DNA of 61,621 bases, filler included, from Chiloscyllium plagiosum (taxonomy: Eukaryota), in the NCBI RefSeq assembly GCF_004010195.1. It is 3 parts of one record of this genome, joined end to end, with 100 filler letters (N's around TTAATTAATTAA, not from the genome) between each part and the next. Parts side by side here need not be neighbours in the genome. Positions count along the whole stretch, not along the records: positions 1 to 14,874 come from NC_057715.1; 2 more parts are not named here. One strand, 5' to 3'. The notes beneath the pieces are model-generated. The model did no database searches, was not told where the DNA came from, and saw only the letters and a program-made list of their open reading frames with translations. A program made the position numbers and the translations under genes. Below are positions 1 through 11,490 of this stretch, one piece after another; the first letter of the stretch is position 1; every line of letters starts with the position of its first letter.

Positions 1-372
1 CTCCCGCCCGGGAACTCTCCAACCACAAGGGATGAACTCAAATTTCTCCAGTTTCCTCATTTCCACTCCCCCCACCTTGTCTCAGTCCCAACCCTCGAAC
101 TCAGCACCGCCTTCCTAACCTGCAATCTTCTTCCTGACCTCTCCGCCCCCCACCCCCACCCCCACTCCGGCCTATCACCCTCACCTTAACCTCCTTCCAC
201 TTATCGCATTTCCAACGCCCCTCCCCCAAGTCCCTCACCCCTACCCTTTATCTTAGCCCGCTTGGCACACTTTCCTCATTCCTGAAGAAGGACTCATGCT
301 CGAAACGTTGATTCTCCTGCTCCTTGGATGCTGCCTGACCTGCTGTGCTTTTCCAGCAACACATTTTCAGCT
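1..372 (+). mobile_element. Penelope-like element 3' fragment (end of GIY-YIG region plus pLTR with hammerhead core)
   Basis: Near-identical to 7375-7734; translates as ...GTLQPQGMNSNFSSF; CTGAAGA at 282-288 and GAAAC at 302-306. Confidence 0.8.
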
Positions 373-1030
373 AGCATATAATAAGAAAGACAAATGGAAT
401 CCTGGCATTTATTGCAAAAGGACTGTTTATAAAGTAAAGAAGTGTTTTTACAATTATATAAAGCATTGATGAGATCACACCTGGAGTATTGTGTCCAGTT
501 GTGGTCTCCTTACTTGAGGAAGGATGTGGTGGCACTGGAGGCAGTTCAGAGGAGGGTCACCAGGTTGATTCCAGGGATGAAAGGGCTGGTATATGAGGAG
601 CCGTTGAATAGCTTTGACTTGTACTCACAAAGTTCAGAAGGTTAAAGTGGGATCTGATTGAGGTATATAAAATGCTAAAGGGAATCGGGAGGCATTGAAC
701 AGATGTTCCCCTTGTGAGACAGACGTGAACGAGAGATCATAGATATAGAGTGAGAGGAGGTCGGTTCAAAACTGGGATGAGGAGCAACTACATCTCCCAG
801 AGGGCTGTGAATCTATGGAACGCACTGCCCCAGGGTACAGTGGAGGCAGAAACAATCAACAGATTCAAGAAAGAAATGGATATGTTTCTGATGAAAAGCA
901 GGATAAAGGGCTATGGGGAGCAGACAGGAGAGTGGAGTTGAGACCAAAATAAGATGAGCCATGACCATGTTAAATTGTCAAATGGTGAATTACTTACTCC
1001 TGCTCCTAATTCCTACATTCCTATGTTCCT
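373..1030 (+). mobile_element. CR1 LINE 3' fragment (RT C-terminus and 3' UTR)
   Basis: ORF 442-645 LYKALMRSHLEYCVQLWSPYLRKD and ORF 750-941 SQRAVNLWNALP are typical CR1 ORF2 C-terminal motifs; ends in a (ttcctatg)-like tail. Confidence 0.85.
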
Positions 1031-1236
1031 CTTCTGCACCCTCTCCAGTGCAATCACATCCTTTCTGTAATATGGTGACCAGAACTGCACACAGTACTCT
1101 GGCTATGGCCTAACTAAACCTATACAGATCTCCAATATGACTCCCTGCTTTTGTAATCTATGGCTCGATTGATAAGGGCTAGTGTCCCATATGTCTTTTT
1201 CACTATCCCACTAACATTCCCTTCCATCGTCAGAGA
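1031..1236 (-). mobile_element. CR1 LINE fragment
   Basis: Reverse strand encodes the EYCVQFWSP motif (gaccagaactgcacacagtactc); runs into an assembly gap. Confidence 0.7.
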
Positions 1237-1736
1237 NNNNNNNNNNNNNNNNNNNNNNNNNNNNNNNNNNNNNNNNNNNNNNNNNNNNNNNNNNNNNNNN
1301 NNNNNNNNNNNNNNNNNNNNNNNNNNNNNNNNNNNNNNNNNNNNNNNNNNNNNNNNNNNNNNNNNNNNNNNNNNNNNNNNNNNNNNNNNNNNNNNNNNNN
1401 NNNNNNNNNNNNNNNNNNNNNNNNNNNNNNNNNNNNNNNNNNNNNNNNNNNNNNNNNNNNNNNNNNNNNNNNNNNNNNNNNNNNNNNNNNNNNNNNNNNN
1501 NNNNNNNNNNNNNNNNNNNNNNNNNNNNNNNNNNNNNNNNNNNNNNNNNNNNNNNNNNNNNNNNNNNNNNNNNNNNNNNNNNNNNNNNNNNNNNNNNNNN
1601 NNNNNNNNNNNNNNNNNNNNNNNNNNNNNNNNNNNNNNNNNNNNNNNNNNNNNNNNNNNNNNNNNNNNNNNNNNNNNNNNNNNNNNNNNNNNNNNNNNNN
1701 NNNNNNNNNNNNNNNNNNNNNNNNNNNNNNNNNNNN

Positions 1737-1790
1737 ATTCAATATCGAAGCAGGTTATTCTTTATAGAAACAGGTTATTTGTGTCAAAGC
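1737..1790 (-). repeat. Inverted-orientation copies of the 20-bp satellite
   Basis: attcaatatcgaagcaggttattc is the reverse complement of the monomer gaataacctgcttcgatattgaat. Confidence 0.8.
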
Positions 1791-4700
1791 TGACATTTTT
1801 TAACCTGTTTTAATACTGAACAGTCTGCTTCGATACTGAATACCCTGCTTCGATACTGAATACCCTGCTTTGATACTGAACAGGCTGCTTCGATACTGAA
1901 TAACCTGCTTCAATACTGAATACCCTGCTTTGATACAGAACAGGCTGCTTCGATACTGAATAACCTGCTTCGATACTGAATAACCTGCTTCGATACTGAA
2001 GAACCTGCTTCTATACTGAATACTCTGCGTTGATACTGAATAACCTGTTTTGATACTGAATAGTCTGCTTCGATACTGAATAACCTGTTTCGAAACTGAA
2101 TAACCTGCTTTGATACTGAATACCCTGCTTTGATACTGAACAGGCTGTTTCGATATTGAATACTCTGCTTCGTTGCTGAATACTCTGCTTCGATACTGAA
2201 TAACCGGTTTCGAATCTGAATAACCTGCTTCGATACTGAATACCCTGCTTTGATACTGAACAGGCTGCTTCGATACTGAATAACCTGCTTCGATACTGTA
2301 TAACCTGTTTTGATACTGAATAACCTGCTTCGATAATGAAGACCATGCTTCGATACTGAAAACCCTGCTTCGATACTATATACCCTGCTTCGATACTGAA
2401 TAGTCCACTTCGATACTGAATAGTCTCCTTCGATACTGAATACCCTGCTTTGATACTGAATAACCGGATTCGATACGGAATAACCTGCTTCAATTTTGAA
2501 TAACCTGCTTCGATACTGAACAGTCTGCATCAATATGAATAGTCTGCTTCGATACTGAATAGTCTCCTTCAATACTGAATACTCTGCTTTGATACTGAAT
2601 AACCTGTTTGGATACTGAATAACCTGTGTCGACACAGAATACTCAGCTTCGATACAGAATACCCTGCTGCGATATTGAATAGTCTACTTCAATACTGAAT
2701 AGTCTCCTTCGATACTGAACAGTCTGCTTCGATACTGAATACCCTGCTTTGATACTGAATACCCTGCTTTGATCCTGAATAACCTGTTTGGATACTGAAT
2801 ACTCTGCATCGATACTGAACAGACTGCTTCAATATTGAATAACCTGTTTCGATACTGAATACCCTGCTTCAATACTGAATAATCGGCTTCGATACTGAAT
2901 ACCCTACTTTGATACTGAATAACCTGCTTCGATATTGAATAACCTGCTTTGATATTGAATAACCTGCTTCGGTACTGAACACCCTGCATCGATACTGAAT
3001 AACCCACTTCGATACTGAAGAGACTGCTTCAATACTGAATAACTTGCTTCGAAACTGAATAGTCTGCTTTGACACCAATAACCTGTTTCAATAAAGAATA
3101 ACCTGCTTCGATACTGAATAACCTGCTTCAATAAATAATAACCTGCTTTGATATTGAATACCCTGCTTCGATACTGACTACCCTGTTTTGATACTGAACA
3201 CTCTGCTTTGATACTGAATAGTCTACTTCGATATTGAATACCCTGCTTCGATACTGATTACTCTGCTTCGATACTGAATACCCTGCTTTGATACTGAATA
3301 ACCTGCTTTGATACTGAATAACCTGCTTCAATACTGAATAACCTGCTTCAATACTGAATAACCTGCTTCGATACTGAATATCCTGCTTCGATACTGAATA
3401 GTCTGCTTCGATACTGAATACCCTGCTTCGATATTGAATAACCTGTTTCGATACTGAATAACCTGTTTCGATACTGAATACTCTGCTTCGATACTGAACA
3501 GTCGGCTTCAATATTGAATAACCTGCTTCGATACTGAATACTCTGCTGCAATACTGAATAATCTGCTTTGATACTGAATAACCTGCTTCGATACTGAATA
3601 CCTTACTTTAATACGAAATAACCTGCTTCGATATTGAATAACCTGCTTCGATATTGAATATCCTGCTTCGACACTGAATACCCTGTTTTGATACTGAATA
3701 CTCTGCTTCGATACTGAATACTCTGCTTTGTTACTGAATAGACTCCTTCGATACTGAATACCCTGCTTCGATACTGAATACTCTGCTTCGATACTGAATA
3801 CCCTGCTTCGATACTGAATAACCGGTTTCGAAACTGAATAACCTGCTTCGATAATGAAGACCCTGCTTCGATACTGAAAACCCTGCTTCGATACTGAATG
3901 GTCTACTTCGATACTGAATAGTCTCCTTCGATACTGATTATCCTGCTTTGATACTGAATAACCTGATTCGATACTGAATAACCTGCTTCGATACTGAACA
4001 ACCTGCTTCGATACTGAACATTCTGCATCAATACGAATAGTCTGCTTCGATACTGAATAGTCTCCTTCAATACTGAATACTCTGCTTTGATACTGAATAA
4101 CCTGTTTGGATACTGAATAACCTGTGTCGACACAGAATACTCAGCTTCGATACAGAATACCCTGCTGCGATACTGAATACCCTGCTTTGATACTGAACAG
4201 GCTGCTTCGATACTGAATATTCTGCTTCAATACTGAATACCCTGCTTCGATACTGAAGAACCTGCTTCGATACTGAATACTCTGCATCGATACTGAATAA
4301 CCTGCTTCGATATTGAATAACCTGCTTCGATCCTGAATACTCTGCTTCGATACTGAATAACCTGCTTCGATATTGAATAAAATGGTTTGATATTGAATAA
4401 CCTGCTTCGATACTGAATACCCTGCTTCGATACTGAATAACCGGTTTCGTAACTGAATAACCTGCTTTGATACTGAAGAGTCTGCTTCGATACTGAATAT
4501 CCTGCTTCGATACTGAATAGTCTGCTTCGATACTGAATAACCTGTTTCAAAACTGAATAACCTGCTTCGATACTGAGTACCCTGCTTCGATACTGAATAC
4601 CCTGCTTTGATACTCAACAAGCTGCTTCGATACTGAATAACCTGTTTCGATACTGAATAACCTGCTTCAATATTGAATAACCTGCTTCGATACTGAATAC

Positions 4701-6530
4701 TCTGCTGCAATACTGAATAACCTGCTTCGATCCTGAATACTCTGCTTCGATACTGAATAATCGGCTTCGATACTGAATACCCTACTCTAATACGGAATAA
4801 CCTGCTTCGATACTGAATAACCTGCTTCGATACTGAATAACCTGCTTCAATAAAGAATAACCTGCTTCGATATTGAATACCCTGCGTCGACACTGAGTAC
4901 CCTGTTTTGATACTGAACACTCTGCTACGATATTGAATAGTCTCCTTCGATACTGAATACCCTGTTTTGATACTGAATACTCTGCTTCGATACTGAATAC
5001 CCTGCTTCGATACTGATTAACCTGTTTCAAAACTGAATAACCTGCTTCGATAATGAATACCCTGTTTCGATACTGAATAGTCTGTTTCGATACTGAATAC
5101 CCTGCTTTGATACTGAATAATCTGCTTTGATACTGAAGAACCTGTTTCGATACTGAATACTCTGCTGTGATACTGAATAGTCTCCTTTGATACTGAACAG
5201 CTTGCTTCGATACTGAATATTCGGGTTCGATGCTGAATACCCTGCTTCGGAACTGAATTACCTGCTTCGATACTGAATAGTCTGCTTTGATACTGATAAC
5301 ATGTTTCAATAAAGAACAACCTGCTTCGATATTGAATAACCCACTTCGATACTGAATAGTCTCCTGCGCTACTGAATACCCTGCTTCGATACTGAATAGT
5401 CTGCTTCGATACTGAACAGTCTGCTTCGAAACTGAATAACCTGCGTCGATATTGAATAATCTGCTTCGATACTGAATAGTCTGTATTGATACTGAATAAC
5501 CTGCTTTGATACTGGACAGTCTGCTTCCATACTGAATATCCTGCTTCGATACTGAACAGTCTGCTTCGATACTGAACAGTCTGCTTCGATACTGAATAGT
5601 CTGCTTGGATACTGAATACCCTGCTTGGATACTGAATAACCTGTTTCAATACTGAATAACCTGCTTTGATACTGAATGACCTGCTTCGATACTGAAGAAC
5701 CTGCTTCAACACTGAATACTCTGCCATGATATTGAATAAACTGCCTGGATACTGAATATCCTGCTTCGATACTGAACAGCTTGCTTCGACACTGAATAAT
5801 CGGGTTTGATACTGAATACCCTGCTTCGATACTGAATAGTCTGCTTTGATACTAATAACCTGTTTCAATAAAGAATAAGCTGCTTCGATATTGAATAACT
5901 CACTTCAATACTGAATCGTCTCCTTCGATACTGAATACCCTGCTTCGATACTGAATAGTCTGCTTTGATACTGAACAGTTTGCTTTGAAACTGAATAACC
6001 TGCATCGATATTGAATAACCTGCTTCGATACTGAATAATGTGTTTTGATATTGAATAACATGCTTCGATACTGAATAGCCTGCATCGATACTGAACAGCC
6101 TGCTTCAACACTGAATAGTCTGTATTGATATTGAAGAACCTGTTTCGATACTGAATATCCTGCTTCGATACTGAATAGTCTCCTTCGATACTGAATAACC
6201 TGCTTTGATACTGAATAACCTGCTTTGATACTGAAGAACCTGCTTCGATACTGAAAACTTTGCTTCGAAACTGAATAACCTGCTTCGATACTGAACAGTC
6301 TGCTTCGATACTGAATAACCTGCGTCAATACCGGACAGCCGACTTCGATACAGAAGAACCTGCTTCTATACTGAAAACTCTGCTTTGATACAGAACAGTC
6401 TGTGTCATGAATGAATAGTCTGCATCGATAATGAAGAACGTGCTTTGTACTGAACAGTCTGCTTCGATACTGAAGACCCTGCTTCGTTTCTGAATAACCT
6501 ACTTCGATACTGGATAACCTGCTTCGATAT

Positions 6531-6850
6531 TAGATTAGATTAGATTACTTACAGTGTGGAAACAGGCCCTTCGGCCCAACAAGTCCACACCGACCCGCCG
6601 AAGCGCAACCCACCCATACCCCTACTTTACCCCTTTAACCTAACACTACGGGCAATTTAGCATGGCCAATTCACCTAACCCGCACATCTTTGGACTGTGG
6701 GAGGAAACCGGAGCACCCGGAGGAAACCCACGCAGACACGGGGAGAATGTGCAAACTCCACACAGTCAGTCGCCTGAGTCGGGAATTGAACCCGGGTCTA
6801 CAGGCGCTGTGAGGCAGCAGTGCTAACCACTGGGCCACCGTGCCGCCCAC
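6531..6850 (-). mobile_element. HE1-type tRNA-derived V-SINE, full length, inserted in the satellite
   Basis: Reverse strand GGGCGGCACGGTGGCCCAGTGGTTAGCAC (A box), GGTTCAATTCC (B box), V-domain GGGTTTCCTCCGGGTGCTCCGGTTTCCTCCCAC, (TAATC)n tail; short ATAT(T) duplication at the flanks. Confidence 0.92.
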
Positions 6851-7180
6851 ATATTGAATGCCCTGCTTTGATAGTGAATGACGTGCTTTGATATTGAATA
6901 ACCTGCTTTGATACTGAACAGTCTGCTTCGATACTGAATACCCTACTTCGATACTGAATACCCTACTTCGATACTGAATACCCTACTTCAATACTGAATA
7001 CCCTACTTCGATACTGGATATCCTGCCTCGATACTGAATAACCTGCTTTGATATTGAATAACCTGCTTCGATACTGAATAACCCGCTTCGATACGGAATA
7101 ACCCGCTTCGATACGGAAGAGACTGCTTCAATACTGAATAACCTGCTTCGATAAAGAATAACCTGCTTCGATATTGAATA

Positions 7181-7734
7181 GGAGAAAGTGAGGACTGCAG
7201 ATACTGGAGATCAGAGCTGAAAATGTGTTGCTGGAAAAGCGCAGCAACCCAACCACCCCGTGGCTCAACACTTCAACTCCCCCTCCCACTCCACCAAGGG
7301 CATGCAGTTCCTTGGACTCCTCCATCGCCAGACCATAGCAACACGACGGCTGGAGGAAGAGCGCCTCATCTTCCGCCGAGGAACCCTCCAACCACAAGGG
7401 ATGAACTCAGATTTCTCCAGTTTCCTAATTTCCCCTCCCCCCACCTTGTCTTAGTCAAATCCCTCGAACTCAGCACCGCCTTCCTAACCTGCAATCTTCT
7501 TCCTGACCTCTCCGCCCCCACCCCCACTCCGGCCTATCACCCTCACCTTGACCTCCTTCCACTTATCGCATTTCCAATGCCCCTCCCCCAACTCCCTCCT
7601 CCCTACCTTTTATCTTAGCCTGCTGGACACACTTTTCACATTCCTGAAGAAGGGCTCATGCCCGAAACGTCGATTCTCCTGCTCCTTGGATGCTGCCTGA
7701 CCTGCTGCACTTTTCCAGCAACACATTTTCAGCT
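7181..7734 (+). mobile_element. Penelope-like (Neptune-type) 5'-truncated insertion with inverted pLTR end
   Basis: ORF 7260-7454 AQHFNSPSHS...RRLEEERLIFRRGTLQPQGMN resembles a GIY-YIG endonuclease C-terminus; inverted repeat 7214-7246 vs 7703-7735; TSD TCGATATTGAATA at 7168-7180 and 7734-7746. Confidence 0.88.
7640..7675 (+). ncRNA. Minimal type I hammerhead ribozyme motif (Penelope pLTR)
   Basis: CTGAAGA (7644-7650), extra A, stem II GGGC-TCAT-GCCC, GAAACGTC (7664-7671) with palindromic ACGT and a GUC cleavage triplet. Confidence 0.75.
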
Positions 7735-8240
7735 CGATATTGAATAACCTGCTTCAGTATTGAATAGTCTCCTTCGATACTGAATACTCTGCTTCGATAC
7801 TGAATACTCTGCTTCGATACTGAACAGTCTGCTTCGATACTGAATAACTTGCATCGATATTGAATAACCTGCATCGATACTGAATAATCTGCATCAATAC
7901 TGGACAGCCTACTTTGATACAGAAGAACCTGCTTCTATATTGAAAACTTCGATACAGAACAGTCTGTGATGTGATTGAATAGTCTGCATCGATAATGAAG
8001 AACGTGCATTGATACTGAACAGTCTGCTTCGATACTGAATACCCAGCTTCGATACTGGATAACCTGCTTCGATATTGAATGCCCTGCTTCGACACTGAAT
8101 AATGTGCTTCGATATTAATAACCTGCTTCAATACGGAATAGTCTGCATCGATACTGAACAGCCTGCTTAGATATTGAATAGTCTGTATTGATACTGAATA
8201 ACCAGCTTCGATACTGAACAGTCTGCTTTGATACTGAATA

Positions 8241-8440
8241 GGAGAAAGTGAGGACTGCAGATGCTGGAGATCAGAGCTGAAAATGTGTTGCTGGAAAAGC
8301 ATAGCAGGTCAGGCAGCACATCCAAGGAACATGAGAATCGATGTTTCGGGCATAAGCCCTTCTTATGCCCGAACGTCGATTCTCCTGTTCCTTGGATGCT
8401 GCCTGACCTGCTGCGCTTTTCCAGCAACACATTTTCAGCT
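8241..8440. mobile_element. Penelope-derived palindromic (hairpin) mini-insertion in the satellite
   Basis: Arms gctgaaaatgtgttgctggaaaagc...gggcataag and cttatgccc...gcttttccagcaacacattttcagc; flanked by duplicated GCTTTGATACTGAA. Confidence 0.85.
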
Positions 8441-9793
8441 TTGATACTGAAAACCCTACTTCGATACTGAATAACCTACTTCGATACTGAATACCCTGCT
8501 TCGATACTGAATACCCGGCTTCGATACTGAAAGTCTGCTTCGATACTGAATACCCTGCTTCGATACAGAATACCCTGCTTTGATACTAAATAACCTGCTT
8601 TGATACCGAATAGTCAGCATTAACACTGAATAGTCTGCTTTGAAACTAAATACCCTGCTTCAATACTGAATACCCTGCTTCAATACTGAGTAGTCTGCTT
8701 CGATACTGAATACGCTGCTTTGCCACTGAATAGTCTGCATTGATACTGAATAGTCTGCGTCGATACTGAATAACCTGCTTCGATAGTGAAGAACCTGCTT
8801 CGATACTGAATACCTTGCTTCAATACTGAATACCCTGCTTTGATACTGAATACCCTGCTTTGATACTGGACAGTCTGCTTCAATACTGAATAACCTGTGT
8901 CGATACTGAAGAACCTGCTTTGATACTGAATAGTCTGCTTTGATAATGAATAATCTGCTATGATACTGAATACCCTGCTTCGATACAGAATACCCTGCTT
9001 TGATACTGAATACCCTGCTTCGATACTGAATACCCTGTTTCAACACTGAATAGTCTGTATCGATACTGAATAGTCGGCTTCGATACTGAATAGTCTGTAT
9101 CAATACTGAATACTCTGCTTCAATACTGAATACCCTGCTTCGATACTGAATAATCTGCTTCGATACTGAATACCTTGCTTTGATACTGAACAACCTGCTT
9201 CGATACTGAATAGTCGGCTTCGATACTGAATAGTCTGTATCAATATTGAATACCCTGCTTCGATACTGAATAATCTGGTTTGTTACTGAATAGTCTGCTT
9301 CAATACTGAATACCCTGCTTCGATACTGAATAGTCTGCTTCGTTACCGAATAATCTGCTTCGATACTGCATACCCTGCTTCGATACTGAATTATCTGCTT
9401 CGTTACTGAATAGTCTGCTTCGATACTGAATACCCTGCTTCGTTACTGAATAATCTGCTTCAATACTGAATTATCTGCTTCGTTACTGAATAATCTGCTT
9501 TGTTAATGAATAGTCTGCTTCGATACTGAATACCCTGCTTCGTTACTGAATAATCTGCTTCGTTACTGAATAGTCTGCTTCAATACTGAATACCCTGCTT
9601 CGATACTGAATACCCTGCTTCGATACTGAATAATCTGCTTCAATACTGAATTATCTGCTTCGTTACTGAATAATCTGCTTCGTTACTGAATAGTCTGCTT
9701 TGTTAATGAATAGTCTGCTTCGATACTGAATAATCTGCTTCGTTACTGAATAGTCTGCTTCGATACTGAATACCCTGTTTCGATACTGAATAG

Positions 9794-10165
9794 TTCGCTC
9801 TCTCTGTGTTTTATAATTTTCTATCTTGTGCTCTCTTTCTCCTTTTTAAAGTTTTTTGTCTCTCTCTGTTTCAGGGTTTGCTCCCTCTCTGTTATAGGGT
9901 TTTCTCTCTCTCTCTCTCACGCTGTGTATTAAGGTTTCTCTCTCTCTCTCTCTAATTAAGGGTCTCAATCTCTCTCTCTGTGTTAGTATTTTCTCTCTCT
10001 GTTTTAGCGTTTTCTCTCTGTCTGCGTTATTGGGTTTACTGTCTCACTCTGTTTTGGAGTCTTTTGTCTCTTCTGTTTTCGGGTTTTCTTTCTCTCTCTC
10101 TCTCAGCTTTAGGGTTTTCTCTCCCTCTGTCTCCAGCTCTCTCTCTCTCTCACACACACACACAC
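9794..10165. repeat. Pyrimidine-rich (CT)n/(CA)n low-complexity region running into a gap
   Basis: Visible ctctct and cacaca tracts. Confidence 0.9.
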
Positions 10166-11022
10166 NNNNNNNNNNNNNNNNNNNNNNNNNNNNNNNNNNN
10201 NNNNNNNNNNNNNNNNNNNNNNNNNNNNNNNNNNNNNNNNNNNNNNNNNNNNNNNNNNNNNNNNNNNNNNNNNNNNNNNNNNNNNNNNNNNNNNNNNNNN
10301 NNNNNNNNNNNNNNNNNNNNNNNNNNNNNNNNNNNNNNNNNNNNNNNNNNNNNNNNNNNNNNNNNNNNNNNNNNNNNNNNNNNNNNNNNNNNNNNNNNNN
10401 NNNNNNNNNNNNNNNNNNNNNNNNNNNNNNNNNNNNNNNNNNNNNNNNNNNNNNNNNNNNNNNNNNNNNNNNNNNNNNNNNNNNNNNNNNNNNNNNNNNN
10501 NNNNNNNNNNNNNNNNNNNNNNNNNNNNNNNNNNNNNNNNNNNNNNNNNNNNNNNNNNNNNNNNNNNNNNNNNNNNNNNNNNNNNNNNNNNNNNNNNNNN
10601 NNNNNNNNNNNNNNNNNNNNNNNNNNNNNNNNNNNNNNNNNNNNNNNNNNNNNNNNNNNNNNNNNNNNNNNNNNNNNNNNNNNNNNNNNNNNNNNNNNNN
10701 NNNNNNNNNNNNNNNNNNNNNNNNNNNNNNNNNNNNNNNNNNNNNNNNNNNNNNNNNNNNNNNNNNNNNNNNNNNNNNNNNNNNNNNNNNNNNNNNNNNN
10801 NNNNNNNNNNNNNNNNNNNNNNNNNNNNNNNNNNNNNNNNNNNNNNNNNNNNNNNNNNNNNNNNNNNNNNNNNNNNNNNNNNNNNNNNNNNNNNNNNNNN
10901 NNNNNNNNNNNNNNNNNNNNNNNNNNNNNNNNNNNNNNNNNNNNNNNNNNNNNNNNNNNNNNNNNNNNNNNNNNNNNNNNNNNNNNNNNNNNNNNNNNNN
11001 NNNNNNNTTTTCATGTTCTCAG

Positions 11023-11093
11023 GACTGCGGCACCGAGTCCGGAATCTGAATTCGGGAGAAATTGGAGCGAGAGAGAAATCGAATCGGATCGGG
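11023..11093 (+). other. Candidate non-coding 5' exon (or 3' end of exon 1) of the dachsous gene
   Basis: CpG-dense patch ending in a strong donor GGG|GTAAGT (GT 11094-11095), preceded by ttttcatgttctcAG (AG 11021-11022); same strand as the coding exon. Confidence 0.5.
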
Positions 11094-11099
11094 GTAAGT

Positions 11100-11490
11100 G
11101 AGATAGATGGAAATGTAAAGAAAAGAGGACGTAGAGATGGAGAAAGAAACGGAGGGAGAAAGAAAGACGGAGAGGAAAAGAAAAAGAAAGATTAAAAGCC
11201 CTAAACACAGAGAGAGAAAGATAAAGGGAGAGGGGAAGGTGGGAATGGAGAAAGACAGGAGCGGGCAAAGGGAGGGGGAACATTCCCAGAGAAAGGGAAT
11301 GAGAGGGGGAGAACTGATAAAGGAAAATACATTTTAAAAAGTGGCAAGGGTCCAGTGGAAGATAGCAAAGTGGAGAACAGAGAGAGAGAGAGAGCGAGAG
11401 AGTACCTGGAGAAGGGGAAGAGTATTGGGGTCGGGCGGGGTGTGGAGGTGTGTGTGTGCCGGGGGGGGGGAGGGGGCAGCTGGGGACAAT
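11100..11490. repeat. Purine/G-rich low-complexity tract with G-quadruplex potential
   Basis: (GA)n and several G runs, including G10 at 11461-11470. Confidence 0.7.

Larger units (their letters stand above)
1801..9793 (+). repeat. 20-bp tandem satellite, consensus GATACTGAATAACCTGCTTC, roughly 345 units, interrupted by three TE insertions
   Basis: Directly visible 20-nt period; variable core (AACC/ACCC/AGTC/ACTC/AATC) and TCGA>TTGA/TCAA CpG-decay variants. Confidence 0.97.

Noticed and set aside
6760..6850. tRNA gene (also ~19401 and ~47221)
   Set aside because: A/B boxes continue into the V-SINE core and LINE-derived tail, so these are SINE heads
1910..9193. Many minus-strand ORFs as real protein-coding genes
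   Set aside because: They overlap in all three frames with the same peptide, which is explained by a stop-free 20-nt monomer; no gene structure
1801..9793. CRISPR-like array (constant repeat with a variable part)
   Set aside because: The variable part is only 3-4 nt drawn from a few states, there are no unique spacers or cas genes, and the context is vertebrate; it is a satellite
9980..11101. Long ORFs spanning N runs (also 1160-1813, 20293-21111, 52255-52894, 54233-55371)
   Set aside because: Open only because N codons contain no stops
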